This document shows positions 16,963 to 26,513 of a stretch of DNA of 44,331 nt, piece by piece. The stretch comes from Candidatus Kapaibacterium sp. (GTDB lineage Bacteria; Bacteroidota; Ignavibacteria; OLB7), in contig JBFWSB010000002.1 of NCBI GenBank assembly GCA_050248595.1, positions 1 through 44,331 on the forward strand, read 5' to 3'. A program made the translations under genes and the position numbers. A model generated the notes under the pieces. It did no database searches. It was not told where the DNA came from and saw nothing but the letters and a program-made list of their open reading frames with translations. How positions within the stretch are numbered: position 1 is the stretch's first letter; every line of letters starts with the position of its first letter.

Positions 16963-19785
16963 ATGAACCGTCGCCACGTTTTACCTTTGTTGTTCCTTTC
17001 AACACTTCTTCTGTCGGCTGCTCTATTCTTCATTCTGAAAGAAGGATCGGAGCCATCGCTCTCTGGAGGAACAGACCCTGAAATCTCGTCGGAGCGCATC
17101 CGGTGGGAGTGGGAGCGACTACGCGATCCGGCAACAGGCAAGATTCCAGCAGATATTCGCCGTCGCGAGATTGCATTCTCCGCCACTCTTCCACGACGGG
17201 AACAATTCTCTCCGCTGCTCAAGTCGGCTGGCAATCCAGTCTCTCTTTGGGTACAACGGGGACCTTGGAATGTGGGGGGACGAACCCGCGGAGTATCGAT
17301 TGACGTTGCGAACGACCAGATGATCTTAGCTGGTGGCGTAAGTGGTGGCATGTGGAAGTCGGACGACGGAGGGGAGAGCTGGCGAATGGTGACCCGCCCA
17401 GATCAACTGCCGAGCGTTACTACGGTAGCGCAAGATCGACGCCCCGGAAAAACGGAGACCTGGTACTTCGGCTCCGGTGAGCTTTGGGGGAACAGTGCCT
17501 CCGGTGGAGGCTCGTTCTGGCACGGAGATGGAATTTTTAAGTCGACAGACAACGGAGAGAGTTGGTTTGCGTTGGAGTCGACCAGCTCGGGAACGCCTCA
17601 GACGTTCAACGTCACCGATAACATCTGGCGCATCGCAACCGATCCATCAAACCTCGAACAGGATGAAGTCTACGCCGCTATCTATGGAAGAATCATCCGC
17701 TCTGTTGACGGAGGAGAGACGTGGCAAGAGGTTCTGAAGCCATCATCTCTTCAATCCAGTAGCTACTTCACCGATGTTGCCGTCACCAGCACTGGAGTTG
17801 TTTACGCAACCTTAAGTAGAGATGGAGGGAAGCGGGGAATCTATCGCTCAGAAAATGGGACGAGCTTCACAAACATTACTCCAAGCGATATACCAAGCTC
17901 CTACAACCGAATTGTGATTGGGATTGCCCCGTCAAACGAAAACGTTGTCTACTTCCTCGGTGAAACTCCCGGCTCTGGCTTTCTCGGACGGAACTTTCGT
18001 GGCGATTCTTCTTGGCAATCTCTCTGGAAATACACATACATCTCCGGAAACGGATCAGGTGATGGAGGGATGTGGGAAAACCGCTCGGCAAATCTCCCCT
18101 CTTTCACAACGGAAACCGCTGGGAATGGTGATCTCTTCACGCAGGGTGGATACGACCTTCACGTCCGGGTCAAGCCTGACGATGAGAACGTTGTGTTTAT
18201 CGGGGGAACAAATCTCTACCGCTCAACTGATGGATTTGCGTCGACAGCGAACACCTCTTGGATTGGTGGCTTCCGCGATTGGAAGCGAGATAGTGCAGTG
18301 ATCGAGGAGTACTCCTATCCCGACCACCACGCAGACCAGCACGACGTTATCTTCTCTCCCACCGACCCGAACGTGATGTACAGCGCAAGCGACGGTGGCG
18401 TCCACAAAACACTCGACTGCACAGCCGACTCGATCTTCTGGATTTCTCTGAACAGTGGATACCTAACCACGCAGTTTTATGCGATTGCAATCGATCAAGG
18501 GACGAAGGGGAGTCAGACAATCATGGGAGGGTTGCAGGATAACGGCACGTGGCGGACGCACGTGTACGACAACCGTGCCCCCTGGATTCGAACCGGAAGC
18601 AGCGATGGCGCATACTGTGCAATTTCCGACGGAGGGAAATATCTCTACGTCTCGAAGCAGCAAGGACGCATCTACCGCGTCGAAGTGAATGAACTTGAGG
18701 AGGAGACCGGTTCTACCCGCATTGACCCGGCAGGAGCGACAGGCTATCGCTTTATCAACCCATTCATTCTCGACCCGAACGATTCCCGCGTTATGTATCT
18801 GCCAGTGGGGAAATCAATCCATCTGAACAAAGACGTAACCGCAATTCCACTCGATAGTAAGGAGCCGACATCGCTCGGTTGGAGTTCGTTGAGTGGAAGC
18901 CAACTGGATACTGGAGAGATTACTTGCATTAGTGCTTCGAAGGAGGCTCCAGCCTCCCGCCTTTGGTATGGCACAAACGATGGGCGCGTATTCAGAATGG
19001 ATGATGCGCTCGGAGAGAATCCCGTAGCTGTAGAGGTAACTGGAACGAACTTTCCGACCAACGGTTTTGTCTCCTGCATTAGCGTCGACTACATAAATGG
19101 CGACCGCGCCATTGTGGCCTTCTCCAACTACAGCATTGTCAGTCTCTACGAAACAACAGATGGTGGGGAGACCTGGACTCCGGTTAGTGGGAACCTGGAG
19201 GAAAACCCTGATGGAAGTGGAGCAGGTCCGTCGGTTCGGTGGATTACGATTCTGCACCGGGGTTTAGGAACGCTCTACTTGGCCGGAACCAGCACAGGAC
19301 TATACACCACTACTGCCCTCAACGGCGAGGAGACAATCTGGGAGAAAGAAGGAGCCGAAGAGATCGGCAACGTTGTGGTGGATATGATTGTTGCCCGCCC
19401 ATCAGATGGCTTCGTGGCTATCGGAACGCACGGGAACGGAGTGTTTAGCTCAATAGTCCCCCCCCTTGGAGTTGAGGAGGGAACCGGGAGCTTGGGGACA
19501 AGGCGCGCCTTGTCCCTGCGGCAAAACGTTCCAAACCCGATGGATGAATCGACCCGCATCTCATTCACGGTTCCAGATGGCAAGCCGTTACCGGTGAACA
19601 TAACGCTCTTCAACGCAGAAGGGCGAAAGGTGGCAACGTTGGCGGAGGGGGTGTATCGACCAGGTGAACAGACAATCATCGTCAATCGTGAGGTTTCTCC
19701 GGGAAATCGATTGACCCCGGGATTATATTTCTATCGCCTGCAATCGGGGGAGGTGAGTCTATCGCGTCCATTGCACGTTCGGTGA
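16963..19785 (+). CDS. BNR/Asp-box repeat (sortilin/Vps10- or GH74-like) beta-propeller protein with a T9SS sorting domain
   Basis: 940 aa. Signal peptide: MNRRHVLPLLFLSTLLLSAALFF. Several S-x-D-x-G-x-[ST]-W Asp-boxes are present: SDDGGESW, STDNGESW, SVDGGETW, TTDGGETW. The C-terminus (LRQNVPNPMDESTRISFTV...ITLFNAEGRKV...GLYFYRLQSG) is a T9SS type A sorting domain. Confidence 0.85.
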   Translation: MNRRHVLPLLFLSTLLLSAALFFILKEGSEPSLSGGTDPEISSERIRWEWERLRDPATGKIPADIRRREIAFSATLPRREQFSPLLKSAGNPVSLWVQRGPWNVGGRTRGVSIDVANDQMILAGGVSGGMWKSDDGGESWRMVTRPDQLPSVTTVAQDRRPGKTETWYFGSGELWGNSASGGGSFWHGDGIFKSTDNGESWFALESTSSGTPQTFNVTDNIWRIATDPSNLEQDEVYAAIYGRIIRSVDGGETWQEVLKPSSLQSSSYFTDVAVTSTGVVYATLSRDGGKRGIYRSENGTSFTNITPSDIPSSYNRIVIGIAPSNENVVYFLGETPGSGFLGRNFRGDSSWQSLWKYTYISGNGSGDGGMWENRSANLPSFTTETAGNGDLFTQGGYDLHVRVKPDDENVVFIGGTNLYRSTDGFASTANTSWIGGFRDWKRDSAVIEEYSYPDHHADQHDVIFSPTDPNVMYSASDGGVHKTLDCTADSIFWISLNSGYLTTQFYAIAIDQGTKGSQTIMGGLQDNGTWRTHVYDNRAPWIRTGSSDGAYCAISDGGKYLYVSKQQGRIYRVEVNELEEETGSTRIDPAGATGYRFINPFILDPNDSRVMYLPVGKSIHLNKDVTAIPLDSKEPTSLGWSSLSGSQLDTGEITCISASKEAPASRLWYGTNDGRVFRMDDALGENPVAVEVTGTNFPTNGFVSCISVDYINGDRAIVAFSNYSIVSLYETTDGGETWTPVSGNLEENPDGSGAGPSVRWITILHRGLGTLYLAGTSTGLYTTTALNGEETIWEKEGAEEIGNVVVDMIVARPSDGFVAIGTHGNGVFSSIVPPLGVEEGTGSLGTRRALSLRQNVPNPMDESTRISFTVPDGKPLPVNITLFNAEGRKVATLAEGVYRPGEQTIIVNREVSPGNRLTPGLYFYRLQSGEVSLSRPLHVR

Positions 19786-19796
19786 TGTTTGCCAAT

Positions 19797-19827
19797 ATGA
19801 TGTATGGGTTCCCCCCCCATACATCAT
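19797..19827. terminator. Hairpin between convergent genes (possible bidirectional terminator)
   Basis: atgatgtatggg / cccatacatcat form a 12-bp perfect stem with loop ttccccc. It sits between the stop of the 940-aa gene (19785) and the stop of arfB (19857). Confidence 0.6.
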
Positions 19828-19856
19828 GTTGTACGTACACCCAACAATATTCGGTT

Positions 19857-20297
19857 CTACCCCTTTTCATCCGATTTCCATCGTCTCCCCTCTTTCTTCT
19901 CACTCTGCCGTTTCTTCCCCTCAAGCCTTCGTTCCTTTGCGGCACGACTCGGCTTGGTGGGAACTCGCTTTTTCCGTGGTTTCAGGGCGGCTTCGAGGAG
20001 TGCTTCCAGTTTTCTAATCGATTCGGCTCGGTTACTGAACTGTGACCGTGATGCCGCCGCCACCACGCGGAGGTTTCCCTCCTTGTCGAGCTTCTTCGCA
20101 AGCCGCTCCACCAACTTTTCCCTCGTCTCCTCACTCAACTCTGGTCGCTCGAACAGGTTCAGCTTCGCCTCCACACGGGTCTCCACCTTGTTCACATGCT
20201 GTCCCCCCGGTCCGCCACTTCTACTGGTGCTGAACGAAATAGCCGAGAGAGGTATCTCTTCGCCGGTTCTCAGTACGATTGTATTTGGTTGACTCAT
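19857..20297 (-). CDS. arfB: Alternative ribosome-rescue factor ArfB (YaeJ), peptidyl-tRNA hydrolase
   Basis: 146 aa. It has the class-I release-factor-like GGQ domain (SRSGGPGGQHVNKVETRV) and a Lys/Arg-rich C-terminal tail (KPRKKRVPTKPSRAAKERRLEGKKRQSEKK), which is the defining ArfB architecture. Confidence 0.9.
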   Translation of the reverse strand: MSQPNTIVLRTGEEIPLSAISFSTSRSGGPGGQHVNKVETRVEAKLNLFERPELSEETREKLVERLAKKLDKEGNLRVVAAASRSQFSNRAESIRKLEALLEAALKPRKKRVPTKPSRAAKERRLEGKKRQSEKKEGRRWKSDEKG

Positions 20298-20513
20298 ATC
20301 ACAAAAGAAGGGATTGAATGGTGAATTCAGATCGTATAGAAGTCGATTTTGCTACAGTGTCTAACGACCGAGATTTTCCTTGCACGAAACCGAACGGTTC
20401 AACGTCTACCCGGCGCAACCTCAACGTTCTCATAATGGCTCCCTGAGATGTGCCTCCTGGGAACAATCTTTGAAGATAAGGTAGTGACGGGTTACCCTGA
20501 CTTCAAAGAAGGT

Positions 20514-20547
20514 AGCCCGAACTTCGCAAGGAGTTCGGGCTTTTTTA
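20514..20547 (+). terminator. Orphan plus-strand intrinsic terminator (no annotated plus-strand gene upstream)
   Basis: agcccgaact / agttcgggct form a 10-bp stem with loop tcgcaagg, followed directly by ttttttatt. The T-run is present only on the plus strand. Confidence 0.7.
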
Positions 20548-20706
20548 TTGGTTTTGACAGATTGCACTTATTTGGGCAGCCACTAACTCCCATTATCACC
20601 CCGATTTAATCGGGGTGTCTCGATGCTCAAGGAACACCTTGAACGACTTCGAGTCGTTTCCTGCTGGATCAGGAGGAACATAGTCTGTTCCCCTTTGCAG
20701 GTCTAT

Positions 20707-21639
20707 TTATATCCCATCAGTTATCAAAAAATCTCCACTCACAGCTTTTGGCCCCTGTTTTTTAGCGGCTGCATATTCTTCTTTCTCTTCCCACTGACAG
20801 AGGTCGAAAATGGGACACTCGAAACAGTGCGGAAGGCGTGCTTTGCAAATTTCCCGTCCGAAGTAGATCAAGTTCACGTGGAGTTCACGTGCTCTCCCCT
20901 CCGGTATTAGGGGGCGAAGATCACGAAATGTCTTGTCTGGACTGGAGGCAGAGATCGCGCCGACCCGATTCAGGATACGGTTCAGGTGTGTGTCTACTGC
21001 GCAGAGGTCGCGGTCGAGTGCGAACATCATGGCGCAGGATGCACTCTTCAGGCCAACCCCCTTAATTCCCGTGAGGAATTCCAACAACTCGTCGTCTGAA
21101 ATCTCTGCAAGCTCTTCTGGCTCAACCGTACCCCACTTTTCCTGGAACGCTCGGAGGGTTCCCTGAATGGCTACTCTCTTCTGATCGGCCAACCCACTCA
21201 CCCGTATAGCTTCAGCAATATCGGCTGGATCGGCCTCAACAACATCTTCCCAGTTGGGCCAGTTCATTCGAAGCAATTGGTAGGCCTTGTGGCTGTTCCG
21301 GTCGTTTGTGTTCTGCGAGAGAATAATTGCAATCAACGTGTCGGTAAACGATATTTTTCGCTCGGTCTCGACTCGTTCGGGGAAATACTTCTTCAGTCGG
21401 TTGGCAATTTGGCGTACAATCTTCCTTTTCTCTCGCAACTCACTCTGCGCATTCTTCTTTTGTTCCTTCTGCTGTGCCACTTCTGACCACTCTCTTGTTA
21501 TTGTTATTCTAACTTTTCCTCCGCACCCCGCTCTTACGAGCGGGGCTACCGGCTTACGTCCCGCTTTGCGGGACTGAACGGGGAGAAGACCCGGGGTCAT
21601 CTCCCCCCTCCCTGAATCTACATCTCGACAGACTGTCAA
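20707..21639 (-). CDS. Endonuclease III-like HhH-GPD base-excision repair protein with a [4Fe-4S] cluster loop; start codon uncertain
   Basis: The HhH motif with Lys is LTGIKGVGLKSASCAMMF, and the catalytic Asp context is AVDTHLNRILNRVG. The C-terminal C-x6-C-x2-C-x5-C is CKARLPHCFECPIFDLC. The first ~50 codons of the 310-aa ORF overlap three tandem hairpins (21526-21606). Alternative starts are ATG 21600 and GTG 21480, the latter giving ~257 aa. Confidence 0.8.
   Translation of the reverse strand: MTVCRDVDSGRGEMTPGLLPVQSRKAGRKPVAPLVRAGCGGKVRITITREWSEVAQQKEQKKNAQSELREKRKIVRQIANRLKKYFPERVETERKISFTDTLIAIILSQNTNDRNSHKAYQLLRMNWPNWEDVVEADPADIAEAIRVSGLADQKRVAIQGTLRAFQEKWGTVEPEELAEISDDELLEFLTGIKGVGLKSASCAMMFALDRDLCAVDTHLNRILNRVGAISASSPDKTFRDLRPLIPEGRARELHVNLIYFGREICKARLPHCFECPIFDLCQWEEKEEYAAAKKQGPKAVSGDFLITDGI
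21526..21606. other. Three tandem GC-rich hairpins (REP-like or structured leader)
   Basis: The three stems are ccccgctc-ttac-gagcgggg (21526-21545), gtcccgc-ttt-gcgggac (21558-21574) and ggggaga...tctcccc enclosing the palindrome gacccggggtc (21580-21606). Confidence 0.55.
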
Positions 21640-21781
21640 CCAAAGTTGCGAAGGGATCGATAGCTCGTTTGCTATCTTTGCCGACGTACGATGCAGTTAC
21701 GCAGAGGGGACTTGGGCGAAGCAGAAGGATAGGAAGCTCCCCCACATCTTCCCGACAACATTCTACATACTCTATTTTCCA

Positions 21782-22579
21782 ATGAGAATTGAAACCATGG
21801 AATACTCTACACTGAGCGTTGAGCGAAAAGGGGCATACGTTATCATCAGGCTGAACAGGCCAGAGGCACTCAACGCACTGAGCATTGCCCTCTTAGACGA
21901 TCTCCGCAGAGTGATTGCTGAAGTTGAGCGGGATGATTCGATCCGGGGTGCAATCCTGACCGGTGCTGGGGAGAAGGCATTTGCAGCCGGAGCCGACATT
22001 GAGGAACTGCACGAACTTGATGGATATACTGGGAAAGAATATTCAGAGCGAGGGCAGAGTGTCTTCTCGATGATAGAGAATTTAGAGAAGCCAATCATTG
22101 CCGCTGTCAACGGCTTCGCACTCGGTGGAGGGTGTGAGTTGGCAATGTCGTGCCACATTCGCTTGGCAAGTGAGAAGGCAAAGTTCGGACAACCAGAAGT
22201 GAACCTCGGCATCATCCCCGGCTTTGGAGGGACGCAGCGGCTGGCTCGGCTGATAGGGGTTGGGCGGGCAATTGAGTATAACCTGACCGGCGCGTTGATC
22301 GACGCCGCAACGGCAGAACGGATTGGACTTGCCAACCATATCTACCCAGCAGATGAACTGATGGATAAGGCCGAGGAGATGATGAACACGATTCTCTCGA
22401 AAGGCCCGATTGCCACCCAAAACACCCTTCGCGCAACTATGGCTTCGGTCGACTTGGAGACAGTGAAAGGGATGGAATACGAGGCAAACTTGTTCGGCGA
22501 AACTTGTGGCACAACTGACTTCAAGGAGGGAACAGAAGCATTCCTTGAGAAGAGGAAGGCTCTCTTTATTGGAGAGTAG
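21782..22579 (+). CDS. Enoyl-CoA hydratase/isomerase (crotonase) family protein
   Basis: 265 aa. Crotonase signatures are present: RLNRPEALNALS, ILTGAGEKAFAAGADI, AAVNGFALGGGCELAMSCHIRLASEKAKFGQPEVNLGIIPGFGGTQRL. ATG 21797 (MEYSTL) is an alternative start. Confidence 0.9.
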   Translation: MRIETMEYSTLSVERKGAYVIIRLNRPEALNALSIALLDDLRRVIAEVERDDSIRGAILTGAGEKAFAAGADIEELHELDGYTGKEYSERGQSVFSMIENLEKPIIAAVNGFALGGGCELAMSCHIRLASEKAKFGQPEVNLGIIPGFGGTQRLARLIGVGRAIEYNLTGALIDAATAERIGLANHIYPADELMDKAEEMMNTILSKGPIATQNTLRATMASVDLETVKGMEYEANLFGETCGTTDFKEGTEAFLEKRKALFIGE

Positions 22580-22616
22580 CGAAGGGATAGTTGTTGCGCA
22601 CAAGCAATCAACACCT

Positions 22617-24203
22617 TTATCGCTTCTGTAGAATCAATTCGATTTGGTGGTCGCTCCTTCGTCCGGCGGGCAAACTATTGTAGAGGTTTGGGTCAACCAC
22701 GACCTCCGGCTCGGGCAACAGGTCCACTCGTAGAGCTTGGCCTCTCCCCTTCATTATTGAGTGGAGTTCTGCCGCTAAAGCGTGCATCTGTTCGATAACT
22801 GCCGGAGAGATATCAGTTCCACAAACATTCCGAGGCTGCAACACGATCCGATCTCCCAACTCTGCCTCCTCCACAACCTCCAGCAGCAAATCACGATCTG
22901 CCTGGCTTGGCAAATTCTGATTTGTCGGCAAGTCCGTTCGGATAACTTCCCTCCCGTTGTCGTATACAAGCCGAAGAGAGCGTTGAACCCCAAGCTCGAC
23001 CTGATCGGCAACTTCCACAATTGCTCCCGATGAGTCCGACACTCTCAACTCTGCAACCAACGGCTGCACCGACTCACTTACTTCATCGTTTGCAATCTTC
23101 CAATTCAGCTCCGATAGGTTTTCAGCACTTTGGCTGGAGATATGCCCAATCTCTTTCTCACCATAGATAAAGGTGATCTCCCACTTCTCAATTCCCTTAG
23201 ATGATTCCCACTCCGGATTAATCAGGAGCGTGGGAGGATATATCTTCCGCTCAATCTGCCACTCTTCCCCAACCCCACCACGAAGAACCTCAACAACGTG
23301 AATGATTGAGTCAGGAACTTGCTTCTCAGGTGAAGCTGAAATGCCGAGATCGATAGTTGCAGAGAGAGGGATTACTGGCAACAACGGTTGTGGAGGTGAC
23401 TTCCCCACATCTGTTAAGAGCGAGAAGCCAATCGACGCACTGATTCCACTCTTTTCCGTTAGGCTGCTGAGACTATAACTCTCGGCACGAATGGAGAGGT
23501 GTGGCATAAAAGTCAGGCTATAGTTTATCGGCAACATCGTCTCGAGCGAAAGGATTCCTCCCCCTCCCCACTTTGATTGGCTTACCTCTCTCCGCGGCAT
23601 CGATTGCTCTCTGAGACCGTTGGCAAAACGATAGAGATTGTTGGTAATATAGTCGGTCTGTCGTGTCGTTCCACTTATAGCGTAGCTCACTCCACCGCCG
23701 ATGCGGAGATTTAATCGATCCATCAGTTTCAGGCTACCAAGAAATTCGAGTCGACTGGCGACTGTTTGCTCCACAAATCGATATTCGTGATCGAACTGAA
23801 TCAGCCCCGCTTCTGCATCGGCAATCGTAAAGGGTTCAGCCGATTTGGTAAGGTGGGTCTGAGAAACATCAATCAACAATCGTCCCGATAGACCAACCGT
23901 AGGTGAGAAGAACGAGGGGAGATAGAGTTCCGCCCCAAACGAACCTCGCTCTATACTCCCTTCGCTGAAGGTTCCACAATCGGATGAGCCGGGGAAGACA
24001 TTAAGGGGGTGGTGGTAGTAGCCATATCCAACATCAGCATATATCCCAACCATGAGAGGAGAACCCTCACCTGAGTCAACCCCTTCTCTCTCCTCTGTTG
24101 TTGTCTGAGCAGAGAGGTTGTAGCCCCACCCCACCACTATAGCAAGTAGCAGCACCCACAGAATTTGTCGAGAGGTTATGTGATAGGAACTGTTCCGTTT
24201 CAT
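22617..24203 (-). CDS. Putative outer-membrane protein: N-terminal beta-barrel plus a degenerate OmpA-like C-terminal domain
   Basis: 528 aa with a signal/anchor (ILWVLLLAIVVGWGYNLSAQ). aa ~50-265 show alternating hydrophobic beta-strand patterns (GIYADVGYGYY, LRIGGGVSYAISG, ISASIGFSLL), followed by a Pro-rich linker. The C-terminus (RIVLQPRNVCGTDISPAVIEQMHALAAELHSIM...RRSDHQIELIL) has the layout of an OmpA_C domain but with poor consensus. It starts 8 nt after the upstream gene. Confidence 0.65.
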   Translation of the reverse strand: MKRNSSYHITSRQILWVLLLAIVVGWGYNLSAQTTTEEREGVDSGEGSPLMVGIYADVGYGYYHHPLNVFPGSSDCGTFSEGSIERGSFGAELYLPSFFSPTVGLSGRLLIDVSQTHLTKSAEPFTIADAEAGLIQFDHEYRFVEQTVASRLEFLGSLKLMDRLNLRIGGGVSYAISGTTRQTDYITNNLYRFANGLREQSMPRREVSQSKWGGGGILSLETMLPINYSLTFMPHLSIRAESYSLSSLTEKSGISASIGFSLLTDVGKSPPQPLLPVIPLSATIDLGISASPEKQVPDSIIHVVEVLRGGVGEEWQIERKIYPPTLLINPEWESSKGIEKWEITFIYGEKEIGHISSQSAENLSELNWKIANDEVSESVQPLVAELRVSDSSGAIVEVADQVELGVQRSLRLVYDNGREVIRTDLPTNQNLPSQADRDLLLEVVEEAELGDRIVLQPRNVCGTDISPAVIEQMHALAAELHSIMKGRGQALRVDLLPEPEVVVDPNLYNSLPAGRRSDHQIELILQKR

Positions 24204-24211
24204 AGTTCAAC

Positions 24212-25639
24212 TCAGGGGCGAACGAATGGGACGAGCAAAACATCGTCAGCAAATTCAAGACGAACGGCGTAGAGTCCGCGAGGGAGTGCTCCAACGTTTA
24301 CTCGCACATTCTCTTCCACGCCACTCCCCCTATCCAACTCTACTCTCCCCCGATTCTCTCCGAGCACGTCAATCACATCCAAGTGCCCAGCAACGCCGTC
24401 AGGAGGGATGAAGCCAACCAGAAGTTCGTTTCCGGTTGGATCGACACCAATTGAGGAGATCAGCACTCTCCGTCCAAAACCTTCGGAGCCGATTGTACAC
24501 CCCTCCAGCAAAACAAGTCCGAAAATCTCTTCGGTTGTAGCAGCCGTCTTTGTTCTCACCGTCACATCTCCCCTCACCTCATTCTTCGGCAGAGCAGTTG
24601 AAAGTCCAACCCAGTCAATAAGGAGGAACTCTCTTTCAACGCTTGTAATTCCTTCCACGCTTGTTACTACTACTCGTTGTTCAGACTCACTTACCTGCTC
24701 AACCACCACATCAACATTAGGAGCAGAGGGGCGAACTCCTTGAAACCAGAGGGAGCGAGGGTTATACTTCAAATTCAGTTCAACGGCGGTTATGGTGTTG
24801 GCATTCCCCAACGCAGAATCGACCTTCAGCCGCATCGTCACCACCTCTCCAACATGTCCGTTGACCGTATCCAACTGAGCTTTCAATAACGTATCCTGTA
24901 GAGATGAGAACGCCTCACCTTGCAACTCAACGAGAAATACTCCCTTATCTGTCTGAAATTGATAGAGGGCAACGTGAGTCCCTGTGGAGAGTGGCTGATA
25001 GTTGAAAGAGAGAGAGGTTGGCTCCTGATTGCGAAGTTTGATTCCTCCAGCAATTGAGTTTTGTAGAACGAAGTAAGAAGTGTCAGGGTCTTGAGAGCTA
25101 AGTCCGGTGATGGTAACGTCCCCCCCCTCAGGAGTAAGAGTAATCGAGGCGTCGGCACTCTTCCCTACCTCAGTTGGCGAGAACTGCAGTCGGTAAATCG
25201 AATCAAGCTCTTGCACTCGAGTTGGATCTGAACCTCCTCCAATCAACACTACTGAATCAATTCCAAAGTTCGTTCTCACCTTTGCCCAAGCTGAGTGGAA
25301 GTAGGAGTCAAGCGATTGAAATTCAACGTAGACTCGTGCAAATTGATTTTTTGGGAGACGAAATGGAGTAGAGGGAAAAGAGAGGGAAAAACCTGGATCT
25401 CCATTAAGAAAAATTTCGTCAACTCTGAGAGAATCGACACCAGCCCCCACGTTCGCAACCACAAACGAATCGATTCGCACTACACCGACTTGCGTTGTTC
25501 CGAAGTCAATCGTATCCCGGTCAACAAAGAGTTCGGCTTGTGCAGAAGTGGAGAGAGGGAGAGCAATCAGGCTGAATACAACCCAACACCAGAATGGTGG
25601 ACGAACAGCTCTCCGTACTCTACATGTCAGTAATCGCAT
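24212..25639 (-). CDS. Secreted Ig-fold-rich protein (choice-of-anchor-D-like N-terminus) with a T9SS sorting domain
   Basis: 475 aa with a signal peptide (WCWVVFSLIALPLSTSAQA). The N-terminal segment LFVDRDTIDFGTTQVGVVRIDSFVVANVGAGVDSLRVDEIFLNG resembles PapD-like or choice-of-anchor-D repeats. The C-terminus (LDVIDVLGENRGRVEL...LPRGLYAVRLEFADDVLLVPFVRP) fits a T9SS CTD. Confidence 0.7.
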   Translation of the reverse strand: MRLLTCRVRRAVRPPFWCWVVFSLIALPLSTSAQAELFVDRDTIDFGTTQVGVVRIDSFVVANVGAGVDSLRVDEIFLNGDPGFSLSFPSTPFRLPKNQFARVYVEFQSLDSYFHSAWAKVRTNFGIDSVVLIGGGSDPTRVQELDSIYRLQFSPTEVGKSADASITLTPEGGDVTITGLSSQDPDTSYFVLQNSIAGGIKLRNQEPTSLSFNYQPLSTGTHVALYQFQTDKGVFLVELQGEAFSSLQDTLLKAQLDTVNGHVGEVVTMRLKVDSALGNANTITAVELNLKYNPRSLWFQGVRPSAPNVDVVVEQVSESEQRVVVTSVEGITSVEREFLLIDWVGLSTALPKNEVRGDVTVRTKTAATTEEIFGLVLLEGCTIGSEGFGRRVLISSIGVDPTGNELLVGFIPPDGVAGHLDVIDVLGENRGRVELDRGSGVEENVRVNVGALPRGLYAVRLEFADDVLLVPFVRP

Positions 25640-25895
25640 TCAGCAGTCCTAAGAATTGCAGGTGGTGAGCAATCAAAAATTGAATATATATAGACCCAAT
25701 CCCTACAAAAACATCACGCGCCGGAACAGGTGAGTAAGATCTTCTCTCCGGCTCGGTGATGTTTCCTGAACGTTGGTGTCCTTTGAAACAGCACAGATGA
25801 AAGAGTATGGCAAAATCTGCAGACTACCTGCGATAGATTCCATGAGTTCCGAGACAACTATAGTACCGCAGCAAAAAGAGAGGGGACGAAGAGTA

Positions 25896-26486
25896 ATGCC
25901 TTCGACCGAGAAGAGAGATGAGCTTCTCTTCCACAAATTTTTAGGAGGAGATGATGACGCCTTCATGGAACTGTTCCACCGGCACACACCACGCCTCTAC
26001 GCATATGCATGTAAAATTGTGGGGAATGCAGAGAGTGCAAACGATATACTGCAAGATGTCTGGGAACGAATGGCCAGATTTCGATCAGAGAATCGAGAGG
26101 CTCCGAGAAGTCCACTCGGTCTACTGATTCGGATCACCCGCAATCTCTGCCTAAACCACAAACGAGACCGCCGCCCGAACATCTCCTTAGATGATATTCC
26201 ACGCATCCGAGAACCAAGAACAGGAATAGATGGAATGACAGAGATGGAAGAGGCAGTGATTGTGGCACTCGATCACTTGCCCGAACCCCAACGAGAATTG
26301 CTCATCCTTCACTCCTACTCCGGCTACAGCTACGAAGAGATTGCAGAGATGGTAGATGAGTCGGTCGGGACAGTGCGAACCAGAGCTTGGAGAGCGCGAG
26401 TAAAGCTTGGACGGATTATTGCCGCGCTGATCGAAATGGGTGAAGATGATGAAGATCAGAGTCGCCAGCAGAAGAGTGTAGAATAA
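25896..26486 (+). CDS. ECF-type RNA polymerase sigma-70 family factor
   Basis: The track ORF starts at TTG 25773. I prefer ATG 25896 (MPSTEKRDELL), which follows a purine-rich stretch and gives a typical ~196-aa ECF length. Region 2 is FMELFHRHTPRLYAYACKIVGNAESANDILQDVWERM. Region 4 is LPEPQRELLILHSYSGYSYEEIAEMVDESVGTVRTRAWRARVKL. Confidence 0.85.
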   Translation: MPSTEKRDELLFHKFLGGDDDAFMELFHRHTPRLYAYACKIVGNAESANDILQDVWERMARFRSENREAPRSPLGLLIRITRNLCLNHKRDRRPNISLDDIPRIREPRTGIDGMTEMEEAVIVALDHLPEPQRELLILHSYSGYSYEEIAEMVDESVGTVRTRAWRARVKLGRIIAALIEMGEDDEDQSRQQKSVE

Positions 26487-26513
26487 AAATCACTGAACTA
26501 TAGAGAACGAACG

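Noticed and set aside
16650-17351. 233-aa minus-strand ORF spanning the 16761-16962 intergenic region
   Set aside because: It is antisense to the ends of two strongly supported genes and crosses a terminator hairpin. Its composition is Arg/Ser-rich.
19804-20292. 162-aa plus-strand ORF
   Set aside because: It is antisense to arfB, whose GGQ motif and basic tail are unambiguous.
21772-22614. Minus-strand ORFs of 187, 173 and 90 aa
   Set aside because: They are antisense to the crotonase gene, which has clear family signatures.
25722-25760. Candidate ECF-type promoter (GGAAC at 25722-25726) upstream of the sigma gene
   Set aside because: The -35-like GGAAC is present, but I could not find a convincing CGT-type -10 element 16-17 nt downstream. 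The evidence is too weak to annotate.
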